Shown piece by piece: positions 12,905 through 25,789 of a stretch of DNA of 40,160 nt. The notes beneath the pieces were generated by a model. That model was given only the letters and a program-made list of their open reading frames with translations, was not told where the DNA came from and searched no databases. The stretch is from Octopus bimaculoides. Its lineage: Eukaryota. Position 1 is the first letter of the stretch; each line of letters opens with the position of its first letter. Made by a program: the position numbers and the translations under genes. The DNA lies in the NCBI RefSeq assembly GCF_001194135.2, contig NC_068986.1, positions 67,612,086 to 67,652,245 on the forward strand, in the 5' to 3' direction.

Positions 12905-13163
12905 TCTAGTAAGAATGATGATGGCCGTCCACTCGTGACCGAGGAAGACCATTGCCGACCTTCAGGAACATTGCAGATTAAGCTTTCCCCATTCACTATA
13001 CGAGCCGTACGCTTTCGCGCAGCTCGCTTAAGTTCTTCATGCTGGATACGTGCTCTCTGAAAAGTGTCGATCCCCTCCTTAACCTGCTTCCTCCATCCGT
13101 GGCGATGACAGGCATTGTTCTCCCAGTCACTGTCCTGCATATCACAGGCCTGTAATATTAAGA
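12905..13163 (-). mobile_element. RTE-clade (BovB-like) LINE ORF C-terminal relic
   Basis: Translation LQACDMQDSDWENNACHRHGWRKQVKEGIDTFQRARIQHEELKRAARK...LICNV matches the typical RTE C-terminus (LKACxI...WE..A.DR..WR..V..G...FE..R......KR..RK...CxxC). Confidence 0.8.
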
Positions 13164-13209
13164 ATACATGCATACATACGCACACACACAAATACACTTG
13201 TGCTGAATT

Positions 13210-13290
13210 GCTGAATATACATACATACATACATACATACGTACGTACATACATACATACACACATACACACAAATACGTACATACATAC

Positions 13291-13385
<95 letters not shown>
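13210..13385. repeat. (ATAC)n/(TG)n microsatellite
   Basis: Direct inspection. Confidence 0.95.
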
Positions 13386-14339
13386 TGTATTTATGTAATT
13401 GATTATATATGAAATGGTTCCTCCCTGGCATTACAGACTCTCACATTCCTTTCTGCACTAGACGACTTGGATTCAGGTTATTCGCTCGTCTTCCTCACCA
13501 TTTACAAGCTTTATGTAAATATATTGGATTGCTTTTAAAAAGCACTCAAAACATTCTACCTGCTAAGATTTTTAGTGCTTTCGCCCCTAATCGCTTGTAC
13601 ACAATTCTCACCAAGCAATTTACAGTTTTCCAAATTGGTTACTTCACAGATATTTCATTTTACATACTCATTTTAACCTACAACACTTAAATTATGCAAC
13701 CCATCCGTATACACAAATACCATCATTATTCCACCCTCCTCACATTCTCTAGACTCAGTTCTACGCCTATTCCTCCTTATATCAATCCTTCAGAAATCTG
13801 GTTCCAAACAATAGATGTAGCCAAATAGATCGTGTCCATTCTTACTCACAAGATAACAAACATTAAATGGAACCAGCCATCATATTAATCATATGCATAA
13901 GTGATGGTAGTTTCTCGTAGTCCAAGAAAAACAATTCTGATATTTCTTGCTGAGCAACCAGCACAAATGACTGGTTTTAGTGATCAAAAATATGTGCTGT
14001 ACGTTAATTGGTTCACTCCCTTCCATCAAATCGACATCACCTGGACAAATGCACGGTTTACCATACATCAGATATTGAAGTGAATGCAGAGCAATGTGAA
14101 ATGAAGCGTTTTGCTCAAGAACACCACACAACATCCAGTCCAGGAACTGAAACCAAAATAAAAAGGGCCAGACATCCCATTCAGAACGAGACAGACACCA
14201 AAACAGCACACCACCGTCTGCAAATTCTGTACCATTATCATCGTCATGACACCTTTTGTCTTTACCACCGTCTGTTTCGTAATCATTGTAATATTTTATG
14301 AACTATCACTATCAGTAGTGGTAAGTATAAGAACATCTA

Positions 14340-14530
14340 TTCATCTTCATTATCGTCGTTGTCGTCGTCGTCGTCATCGTCTTCGTCATCATCATCATAG
14401 TCATCATCATAGTCATCGTCACCATCATCATTATTATCATCATCAACATCATCATCATCGCCTGTGACGTCATCTGCAACTGAGTCGTCGAGATGTTACT
14501 GACCATCGTTGCTCTCATCGTCATCGTGCT
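14340..14530. repeat. (CGT)n/(CAT)n degenerate trinucleotide repeat
   Basis: Direct inspection. Confidence 0.9.
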
Positions 14531-14829
14531 ATTGTCGCTGCCTCATGTAAATGAACTATCATCGTAGCTTATCAGACCATTGATTACACTAATTTACCTG
14601 CCGTTTTCTTCTTTCTCTTTTTTTCTTCTAGTTATTCACGGCAACAGTGAGATTGAACGCAGCAATAACAGCGCAGGTAATCACGGCAAACAATAGCGCA
14701 CGCCACTCAGGGATGGATTTAGGCTAGAGAAGTTGCGCTCCCTATCTGATGGATGACTATGGTCCTACATATGTATATATATGTGTGCGTGTGTGCGTGT
14801 GTGTGTGTATACATGCATATGTAGACACA

Positions 14830-14882
<53 letters not shown>

Positions 14883-16394
14883 ATTTACAAGGACGTCATA
14901 CATAATAATGACAACCGTAACAACACGAGAAGCACCACAATCTTTGTAGGCATGTTGAGCAAAATTTAGTGACATACCTATATTCAATATACATATGGAC
15001 TGATAGATCGCTTACGACATACGTTACAAGTACAAGTGACATTAACAATATCATACGACTCATGACGTATGAAATAGACAATATCGAGCATCATGATATA
15101 TTTCATACAACAGAAGTAAACTCTAGCTCTAACGTCGTAGTTTCTTGTGTCATAAGTTCGTGTTTAAATCCAAGACAGTTATTTTTATTTATTTATTTAG
15201 TTATTTAGTTTTTTGCTTTTTAAATATTAAGAAAATTCTATATTATGTTGCTTTCTATAGGTAGTATGAGAGAAAGAAACGCTAGTGCATGAATTATCGT
15301 TAAAGTGTCTCTCTTAAATGGAACAATAATATACGCAGAAAAAGCGGAATAGATTTAGTGAAAGTATCCTAAGAATGGAATGCAATGTTGAAAGCATACA
15401 AAAAGTATGGTTAACGCAAGTTGGACTCTGCTATACTAACTCAACATGGACTCATTATATACCAATAAGCAGTTTATCAGTTACACCAGCATTATCAATA
15501 AAACGTTGTGTCACTGTAAATATTGAAAATATTATCTATGGCAGTAAATATTGAAAGTATATCACACAATGATTTATGCTGCACCAGCACTGTTGTACAT
15601 AAGAAATATGATATGTACACACCTATGATTAGTATGTGGTGGCAGATTTTGAAATCTTATATGTAATGATTTGATATTGGCAACATAATGTACAGCATAT
15701 AAACACAAATTTCTATAATTTCTTCTCTGGAATGAATGGTATGAACGTTAATAGTTGACTAGGTAGTGAGTCAGAGGAGATGTTTCATAATTTAGCGGAA
15801 TTGAATACAAATTGATATATATATATTCATCATTACTGGCATGTGTGAGATATATGATGCCACGGATGTCATGTTTGATAACATTTGATTTATATTTCAT
15901 TATTCGATAATTCCATACGAGATATTTTACATAATACTGACAAAGAGGATATAGAAGAGATTTTTGATAAGAGAAATAAAAGATAAATAAAGAATAACGT
16001 GCGTCGCAATATATATCAGATAAAGGAAACGGCATCATCATTAATCTACATAAAAATAGCTATCTATAACCGATTTGATTGTGAATAATATGAAATGTAA
16101 TAAACTACAGTATGTAACGGCAATATCAGGCAAATAATAATCAAGCATAAATAGGACAACATGCAATATATAAACAATATCGTTGAAACAATAGATGTTA
16201 GGAATATGTGTAATAACATATATAACAAACTGTAGTGATAAAAACTAGCGATGCATGTATAAACATTTAGGGATTGAATACATCAGAATTGACCCACCAA
16301 CACGCACGTATGCGTATATGTATGTGGTGTTTGCGTCATAATTGTGCATGTAAATTCATTTAACCTCTAAACATTCATATGGAGAAATATCATA

Positions 16395-16700
16395 TGTGTG
16401 TGTATGTATGTATGTGTATGTGTATATACATACATATATATGTAAATATATAAATATATCTATATATGTATGTATATAAATACGTATATACATATATGTA
16501 TATATATATATATGTTTATATATATGTATATATATATATGTATATATATATTTATATACACATGTATTTACGTATATATATGTGTGTGTGTATACATATG
16601 TATATATGCATATTCATATATGAATATCTATATGTATATATGTACATATCTCTCTCTCTATATGTATATATTATATATATACATACATATATATATATAA
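16395..16700. repeat. TA-rich degenerate microsatellite
   Basis: Direct inspection. Confidence 0.9.
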
Positions 16701-16733
16701 GATAATATCACGCGCATGACTGATCAGACATAA

Positions 16734-16893
16734 NNNNNNNNNNNNNNNNNNNNNNNNNNNNNNNNNNNNNNNNNNNNNNNNNNNNNNNNNNNNNNNNNNN
16801 NNNNNNNNNNNNNNNNNNNNNNNNNNNNNNNNNNNNNNNNNNNNNNNNNNNNNNNNNNNNNNNNNNNNNNNNNNNNNNNNNNNNNNNNNNNNN
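16734..16893. other. Assembly gap, probably spurious (identical 35-bp sequence on both sides)
   Basis: aagataatatcacgcgcatgactgatcagacataa occurs at 16699-16733 and 16925-16959. Confidence 0.85.
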
Positions 16894-17067
16894 TATATAT
16901 ATATTCGGATACATATATATATATAAGATAATATCACGCGCATGACTGATCAGACATAATGCATTGATAAACACACATGCATAAAAATATATATCTACAT
17001 CTATCTATATATATATACTGTTGAATGCACCAACGTTTTCGCTGATTAAGTAGTTTTTTAATCGAGA

Positions 17068-17323
17068 CAGTGTTTCTTAATAATTTATGCCCTGTGGACC
17101 CCTTTAATTCCTATTTTACTTTACTGGACCCCCATAGACACTCAATGGTTAAAAAAATCCTATTATGCTTTTATAAATAATTATTCTTAGTCATTGCTTT
17201 GTAAAAATTGTTATAATATCATGTGCATTGTAGAAATATAATCAGTTTACTGCACATAAATTACAACAATAAAATCTTACATGGACCCCCCCATGGTCAT
17301 ATCGACCTGGTTGAGAACCACCA
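17068..17323. mobile_element. hAT (Charlie-like) non-autonomous MITE, degraded
   Basis: Ends cagtgtttcttaa... and ...ggttgagaaccac resemble the CAGTGGTTCTCAACC-type TIR; repeated internal ggacccc motifs. No intact 8-bp TSD seen. Confidence 0.6.
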
Positions 17324-18155
17324 CACTAGAATGGCCTCAGCGGCCAGCTGTTTGTTCATGTGGAAAAGGAATACAAGCTGGACAGCTAATTGATAATAAT
17401 CACCTTTACGGCAGTTTGGAAGAAAGTACAAGCTTAATGTTTAACGTACTCCCATATACACACATGCATACTATTGTTCAGCCATACGATGTTAATTATA
17501 CTTTTTAAGTTTGGAATAACTGCTGTCTTGTGAAAGGAAAAGAAAAGACCTTACCATAAAATGTATGTAACTGATCGTAGACAGATGGGAATGTGCAGAA
17601 AATACGACATATTACAATAGGACAATAAAAAGAACTATCAAAACATAGCATCGGAAAGAATGTAAAACCTAAATATGAGGCATATGAGAACGTACAGTTA
17701 ATGGTGTCTTAAAGAGTTACGCGTACCTATTTTAGTATCAGTAATCGTTTACTAGGGACCCTGGTTCCCATAAATTTTAATTCTTGTAGAAGGAAACATA
17801 CTACTGTTATAAAACGAAAACAAAACAATCCAAAACCATAAGATGTTAAATGTGTAATAGTGAAAACTGAGTATCAGCTGCAGGTTTTAGGTTGCCAAAC
17901 CTTAAACATCAATTACTGAATGCAAACTTCTCAGTTCGAGAATATGCAATCACCTGTTGTTTTTGCATACCAATATGTAAGTGCCTGTGTGTGCGTGTGT
18001 GTATGTGTGAGTGTGTGTGTGTGTGGGGGGGGGTGTACTATGGGCAGCCTGTCTAACCGTTCAGTGAACCACGTACTTTCTTCCAACTGTCATGCCGAGT
18101 GCTTTTTACGTTGTCATCGAATTTTTTTCTCTGCACACAAACATATATACAAGCA

Positions 18156-18157
<2 letters not shown>

Positions 18158-18236
<79 letters not shown>
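18158..18236. repeat. (TG)n microsatellite
   Basis: Direct inspection. Confidence 0.98.
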
Positions 18237-18237
<1 letters not shown>

Positions 18238-18495
18238 TATGGGGTGAGTATGCATATCAGAGATATGAAATATTTAATGTACTTCTATAAGTATCAGACG
18301 ACAAATAAATTCCTGTTTCTATTTAGAAAACGACAATGACAACAATAAGAAACAATGACACTGAATCGTTAAACCCACCTAAAAGTGTGATGACGTTGAC
18401 AAAAAGACGTATTTAACGAACAAAACATTCTTATCATAAAGGCGGTATCCAACTAATTCATCAACTGAAGAATAAACTAATTGAACGAAGCTTAC

Positions 18496-18582
18496 CTCTT
18501 GGACCTACGCCGACCATAGGTTTACTGAGATGTCTCCATACAGCATGAACAATCGGAATACGATTTGTCTCACAGTGTTTTC
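18496..18582 (-). CDS. Candidate 87-nt symmetric (phase 1-1) coding exon, product unknown: (G)KHCETNRIPIVHAVWRHLSKPMVGVGPR
   Basis: Minus strand reads tcgtttcag|GAAAACACTG...GGTCCAAGAG|gtaagc. Length is divisible by 3, only one frame is open, and GC content is above the flanks. No homology recognised. Confidence 0.35.
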
Positions 18583-19297
18583 CTGAAACGATCTAGTCGA
18601 ACATTTGCAATGAGGGCATTTGAGCATGTTTGGTGCACATTAGAAAGTTATATGTATTATAGTGTACACTAGTATGTAGCCATTTAGTTATGTAGTATAT
18701 ATTGTAGTACCTTAAGATTCATAAATTAATTGGTGAAAATGGTTATTTTACTGTTTATTCTTAGTTCACCCCAGGTCGTGTAAATTTATAATCACAACTA
18801 CAACTTTAATTCTATCTGTTCTTTCTCACAACAAAGAGATATGAATAAAGAAAGATTTCCTGCAGATCGACCGACCATGTAAAGGTTTGGCATTTGGCTT
18901 GAAGTAAATATAACTATGCTGATGTAGCAAGGCTTTTAAGAGTAGTAGCTAGAGTATAGCTACAGGAGTGAAATAACTTTAATGCATAGACAGGAAGAGT
19001 AGATACAAATCGATTATTTTAAACAGAGATCACGACATTATTAAAATATGTTTATCGTGTGTGGAATTGCTATCCGTGAATTTGTGTTGTTATATCTAAT
19101 GGTGAAGTAACACCTAATTGAAGCGCTGTCCACAGGTCTAACTGTTGGCCACCTAACTACTTGAATAATGAGCCAAATATTATGTATACTCGTCATAATG
19201 ATAGATCCAAAATCAAAATACTAACGTTAATGATTCACTGTATACTCCATCGACAAAATGTAGTATTTTGATTACGTTAGGAATTATCATTATTATT

Positions 19298-19841
19298 GTA
19301 TAGTGAGGGAGCAATGCCTTCCATCAAAGTGACACTGGGGTAAAATAGACGATACCCAGTATACTCATCATGACTACCCGTCTGATAAGAGTACATAAGG
19401 CACATGCATCACATACATATATCCGAGACATGGTGATCTCATATCAAGAGAAACAGCGCATGACCTTGTCAGTGGGGCCCAGGTAGAATCGTGTTCAGGT
19501 TGAGTAGCTTATCCCGCTCAAAACCTCCCTGAATAAGGGTTGTGTAAGGATGTTGAACGAAACACCCATGTTTCTTGAGGTGAATTATTCAAACCCCAAA
19601 TAATTCCTCTCAACACATGGTTATGTTGCTCCTCCACTACTTCTTCTGCTCGTGATCAGAGATGCGCAAGTCATCAGCCACCAAAGGAAGTGTTCCACTG
19701 GTTAAGGTTAAACAATTAACAAGAAAATCTGTGGTATGGAACAGAATATTTGCTGTAGTCCAACTTTTATATTAATACAAAACATGTACATGATAACATT
19801 TCCAATCGCTTAAGATCAAAAGCCATGAGAGCCAGTGCTGG

Positions 19842-19842
<1 letters not shown>
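19298..19842. mobile_element. ~545-bp interspersed repeat bounded by (ATT)n on both sides, no coding capacity recognised
   Basis: Sharp compositional boundaries; short attatcattattatt at the left and a long (ATT)n at 19843-19925. Resembles an abundant octopus repeat from my memory (not database-checked). Confidence 0.55.
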
Positions 19843-19912
<70 letters not shown>

Positions 19913-19925
19913 CATATTATTATTT
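19843..19925. repeat. (ATT)n microsatellite
   Basis: Direct inspection. Confidence 0.98.
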
Positions 19926-20739
19926 TCATTATCAGCTTCTTTCAATTCTGTTTCCATTTCTTGCCTAGGGCAGAGAAACGCAATGTATACATTGGTAGGC
20001 CGTTACAATAAACACACTAGATTGTTCATTTACAAAGTCATGTGATAGAGAAAAGGGGAAGACAGACGAAGAGAAAAAGTAAAAAATTAAAAAATGTAAA
20101 CGGAGAAAGTAAAGGTGAAAAAGGGAAAGAAAATTCACGACAATGCTTCTCTCAGTACGTGTGACGTACCGGTTAAGACAATGGATGAGGGGAAAAGCAT
20201 AGCAATGAAACAAAGTATGCATAGAATATAAATTTGTAATAGAGTCATTAGATTGCAGGACCACCATCTAAGGCCCATAACTAAACTCTTGGACCTTAAA
20301 GACACATTTCGAGAGTGCACCTATTAACTAGGGCCTATATTTTTATTGGAGGACATCACTTCTTCACTTTCAACTTCTGTTCTAATTTGAAATTCAAAAT
20401 TCGACAGTGTTAGTCTTTAGTACATCAATGTCATCTGCCACACACAATCTCTTTTGTCATACCCTCCTCGGACGAGACCATCACTTCATAATGGATTCGT
20501 TAGATAGCCAAATCCGTCCGATAATTATTTAACATGAGGACAGTTATTTAACATGCCTCTACAAGTCTCTAATGCATGGATAATTGAGCAGAACTGCTTC
20601 TTCACTCTGAATACATCTGGAATATTCTATGTAAGTGGCACTTCTATGCTTTAATATCTCAAATTAGTTACGTACCTAAGCAATGCTATCAAGCCAAGGA
20701 ACATTTGAAATTATCCATAATTTCCATACCCCAGAATAA

Positions 20740-22160
20740 GCCACTCGGTTGATTTTTGTCGATGCGCAGAGTTTCTTCAAAATCGATTTCATTTTACTCC
20801 ACCACTAGCTCTCGATGGATGCCTAACGTGAAAGTTCCATTGAAATCACCATCTTACCAGCAGAGAGAGATGAATACGAATGACAACATTCTAAATGCTT
20901 GGTACCAAGAACTGAAACACATATCTTTACACAAAAAGAAGAGCGAAAGATCCAACCTGAGTAGACAAAAGTTAAGGCAAGGCACAATATTCAGGTGGTA
21001 AATTATAACAGAATGTCTGTATGTTCTCGCCATCGCTTCCCAATACCTGCTTTCTTCTCAACTGATTTCGAAGTGAAACCAGCTATCTTGCCGTAATACT
21101 AATCAGCTTTTGTATGTTGGCAGTCTGAAGTTATACGAGACAAACTATAAATAACCAGAAACATTGAGACAGATAGATAGTATATGGATTTACGTACGAC
21201 ATTGATATAACATTCGGATTTGAAAAATTTGACCAGAAAACCTTGGGCAGAGAAGTATTAAGGAAAGTAATATCATGCTAGATTTTTAAAAAATGCTTTA
21301 AGAGAATTTCTTTAAATACAGGTATGCAAATACATTGGTATCATTTAACAAGATAGTGTACAAAACACACAAGTGACCAATTAATGCTTAAAACAAAGCT
21401 AACTGCAAAATCAATATTGTAGCTATCCCAGTACATAAGTTATAGCTATAGTCAAACGAACGGGGATGGCTACACAGAAAAAATAATGACCCATTCCTAA
21501 ATCTGACATATATTATGTTTATCACGAACACTGAAATATATATACTGTAGGCTGATTGCAATAGCAAATAACAATTTTGGATAACACGAAGAAAACATTA
21601 GTCAAAGAAATACAGTAACAATGGCTGTGATATTTACGTATCAGAGCTGAGACTAAAATGTTATAAATATTGTTGACTAGGACACAGTATGAAAGCCTTT
21701 CTGACCGAAATCGTACAACATCTGGACCAGGACATGTTGCAGTAGAGAAAAGCAGTTAACCACACACATTGTCTTTGACTTCTCATTCCCAGTCAAGATA
21801 AAAATATCTACAGATAAAATAGAGTTGGAGGCTATAAGCACAGAAAGTTATGCCAGCATTATAAAATTCCAGCAGAAAAGTAGAAAGATAAACATATAGG
21901 AGAAAAGGTCCCGTGGAGAAACAAAACCATCATATGCCACAATCTGTCAGATACAGACATCATGGTTAATCTGCCGAATGTATTAAATGCCCATCAGGAA
22001 AGGAGATGCCTAATAACTGAAGTACTAGTTGCAACAGATTATCTTCCTCACGTAGGAAAGTAGAAATTATCCAAATATTAAATTCGAGAAACAGAAATAA
22101 TCAGAATGAGTGGAGAGAAACAGAAGCAACTGTTATCATATTACGCACTTTCGGATTTAT
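20740..22160 (+). mobile_element. Heavily decayed Dong/R4-like non-LTR retrotransposon (RT remnants through RLE endonuclease)
   Basis: Broken motifs in the expected order: KLRQGTIF (~20970, RT QG motif), DIDITFGFEKF (~21200, cf. DIGMxFGLDKC), and 21930-22150, which aligns by eye with the intact RLE segment at 33663-33986 (ERRCLITEVLVATD cf. GKKCLLIDVSIPAD). Confidence 0.6.
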
Positions 22161-22261
22161 TACAAACAAACATGCAGGCAAATAACTAAACAAACCCCAG
22201 CGTATATAAATAAACACAAGATACTGAAAATAGCACAAATTATACAGCGACAAATTATACA

Positions 22262-22323
22262 GCTAAATAGATAGACAGACAGAAAAAAACATACAGACAG
22301 ACAAAAGGATAGATAGATGGATC

Positions 22324-22408
<85 letters not shown>

Positions 22409-22420
22409 ATAGATAGACAT
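22262..22420. repeat. (GACA)/(GATA)n microsatellite
   Basis: Direct inspection. Confidence 0.95.
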
Positions 22421-22694
22421 ATTTATATATCTTGATATTGATGTTTAATCTCGTGTATTAAAGAATGCATACAGATATATGTACTGAGTTGTACAAGATT
22501 GTCAAGCTGGAAACATTCATATGCTGGAAGTAGTTGAAGTTTCTCGAAGCATTACAACATAAATATCAATAACATATATTTCCTTGCATTCCTACTTTAG
22601 TACTTCTAATTGATGGGACCTCTGCTATTTAATATGAAAAAAACTCCTCTTGAACTACTCCATAGCATAAATTCTACATACGTGTTTACATAGA

Positions 22695-22734
<40 letters not shown>

Positions 22735-25330
22735 TATTTGTTTGCATAAAATATTATATTACATATTTTCACTTCCACGATATAATATCGTATAGAATCC
22801 ACAGAAACGTCCAAATCTTCATCTAATTGACTAAAGTAACTAATTGGACAAGTTAGAGATCAATACTTTGCTTTGTCTTTGTTTCTTAGCTATCGATTTT
22901 GATACTAAATTTGCATTTTTCTTTACGTTTGGTTTTAATTTATTTACATATATTTTTATGTTGCATTTGCATTTATATTCAAGCTTATTTTAAATCTTAG
23001 TCATTTGATTTTAGATTTCAGTCCGTATCTCATCACTTAATAGCAAAATAATAACATGCAAAGACGCACTATGTCAAAAACTCAGCAGTATTATAATTGT
23101 AACATTTCTTTTGGTGCTCTTGATTTATTGAAATTATTCTGCTGTTTTACGTGTTTTATATTGATTTTTATGTAATGCATTATATTTTGTTGTAACTCCT
23201 ATCTTTAAAAGCGTTCATTCCGTGTCAATTTGACCCCGATATCTTGACGAATCTATGGCTGTTACGCCATAAATACCTAAATTTCGGGAGTTTGTGAAGT
23301 ATTTAAGACAAGAACTAATTGAAATAACCATAATTAGCATTCAATTAAATGAGATTTTCAATCGAAACTTGTATCCAGTTCTTTTTTCGGTGTTATAGGA
23401 AAGCGGTGGCTCAACGTTGCACAAATCTGTTGATGCAAATTAGAAATAATAAAGCAAGAATGCTCAACAGATATATATCTGGAGAACGGTGTGGAAAAAG
23501 AATGGTAGGGAAAGATATTTTTAAGAGACATTACAACAAAAACAACAACAAAAATACGTAACTAAACCATAATTTTAAATGTTGTAATATTAGGCAAGTT
23601 AGATAAGGGAACGCCATTATTATTTTTATAATACACAAGAAAAGACTTTTGAGGTTTTGTGCAAAATATTTATTTTCAGCTCACTAATTTAAGGTTGAGT
23701 GTCTACATATTTGAGTTGATTGAAAGTAGAGGAAATAAAATTTAAAATATTAACCTAGAAAATGCAATATCATAGCTGAAATATTTGTTACTCATTGAAG
23801 GGTCTTTGTTATGATTATTTCAGAGAATTTAGATCCGATCAGTTTGTAATAGCTTCCAACTGATGCCAACGCGATGATAATCAATTAAAATCTCCTTTAT
23901 TTTCATGTAATTTATAGTGCTCAATCTCTAGAATTCATAGTTTTATCATATGTGATAGATAAACAATCAGATACGCCTTTTAAATATTTTGCATCCATTT
24001 TCATAAAACATTTACTCGTGATATAACAAATTCCTTATTGATTTCTTATATAAGCAAAAAGCCTGAGATCTGACGGGAAAGGAAATTACTGCTTTAAAAA
24101 ATGCATTAGCTGCGTAAAAGTAAATGTTTATTTTCAAGTGGGTTATATTACTAATTGCACTTCATTTAACTCAAATGTAAACGGTAATTTTTTAAATTTT
24201 TGCTATTATTAAAAGGCCATTATGTATAAAACTTATTTCATGGATATTGTGATAAGTGTAGAAAAATATATATTAAGACTATTCACAATCTGGCTTTGTC
24301 TCGTATTGGAATCATTTCATATGTTTCTGAAAAATATATCGTCACATCTCACTTTCCTTAACTATAATATTTGTCAGGCTTCTTACTTATGTAACAAATT
24401 ATGATTTACATGCATTATATGATTCTTGCCATATACTCCATGTAAATTATCGCATTATGGTGGTATTTTGTTTGCATGAGACAAAGTATTTTGTCAAATT
24501 AGAATATAATTACATCATTCTCTAATATAATTTCGAGCTGTTTAAATTGTTGGACAGAATCTAAGATATAAAGTGCTTTCATGGTTGTTACGAGAACCAA
24601 TTCTAGATTATAAATATATCAGAGATGGAGCAAAGATAGTATAATAGTGAGGGGATATAGTATCAGGTTTTCTTCGCTTGCGCTTAACTCTTACGCGGCT
24701 TGCACCTTGGGTTGAACTATAGCAGGGACGTATGTTCAGGGTGTGCTACAAGGGCACTAATTCTATTTTACATTTGTTCAATAATTATCAACATAACACA
24801 ATATTTATTAACAAAAAACAAATTTGTAAGTGATATGCAATTTCATAAAATGAGAAACAATTTTCAGCACACCCTGATCTTACTCCCTCGGTACGCCAAT
24901 GAACGATAATATATGCATTTTGCTGCCAGTCAGATTCATACGAGTATTATGGAACGCTTCCATATGAAAAATATTCATGAATCTCTAAGTTTGCTAAATG
25001 CACTCTCAACTTTGTCCTTTTTTAAAATTTCGCTCATATATATATTTTGTATAACCTAGTACATATTTTTCTATTGATTCATTTACTTATTTTAAGATTG
25101 CTAAATTTTCTGCTTTCAATTGAGGAGTTGGAGATCGAAGCTTTCATGAATTATGGACATTTCATTGCTTTTAAGCGCCGATAAACTTTGCACTTTTACT
25201 GCTTTTCTTTAATGCTTACAAGAATTTCTGGAATGGTTTTTAATCGTTTTATACTCAATTTATTCTATATACTGGCTTAGATTACGTTATTAAATTTGAA
25301 CTAAAGCATTTGTATTTTCAATGATTTCAG

Positions 25331-25485
25331 ATTTTCATGGAGTTCATGCTGCCAAGCTGGAAGACACACAAAGGCTACATCGAGATTTATTTCACCGTTA
25401 CAACACCATGGTACGCCCGATCCAGGATCAAGACAAACCTGTTACAATAAATATGGATTTATATCTTATGAGTATTACGTCACTG
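25331..25485 (+). CDS. Internal coding exon (exon 2 type) of a Cys-loop ligand-gated ion channel subunit, nAChR/5-HT3/AChBP-like: (D)FHGVHAAKLEDTQRLHRDLFHRYNTMVRPIQDQDKPVTINMDLYLMSITSL
   Basis: The pattern RL.RDLF.RYN..VRP.....PVT.....YL.SI..L is the canonical alpha-helix/beta-1 start of the pLGIC extracellular domain. Acceptor catttgtattttcaatgatttcag| (phase 1) and donor CTG|gtcagt (phase 0) fall where nAChR genes have introns (after the signal-peptide exon, and just before DEKNQ). VHA-A resembles a signal peptidase site. Confidence 0.85.
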
Positions 25486-25789
25486 GTCAGTACTAATGAT
25501 TTTGAATTTTTTAAAAATTTATGATTCGATGGTTACACACAATTTCACAACGAGATAAATTCTACAGGGATAGTTCGTGTTTGAATCTCTTTCGTGATGT
25601 TGTAATGTAATGTTGATAATTTCAGAATCCATTACTTCATAATCCCTTAAATAAATATTATCAGATCTGAATCTGTATGTCAGATATTTTATTTATCCAT
25701 CAATTAAAACATCCAAGGCATTTGAGCAAATAATAGGAGCTCTGCATCATATGTCCCTTCGAGTATCCATAAAACCTGATCTCACTTTG

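Noticed and set aside
16699-16959. 35-bp direct repeat across a gap
   Set aside because: Best explained by overlapping contig ends left unmerged beside a variable TA microsatellite; an assembly artefact rather than biology.
25212-25280. Signal-peptide-like mini-ORF MLTRISGMVFNRFILNLFYILA* just upstream of the receptor exon
   Set aside because: No GT donor in phase 1 before the stop; it cannot be spliced in frame to 25331.
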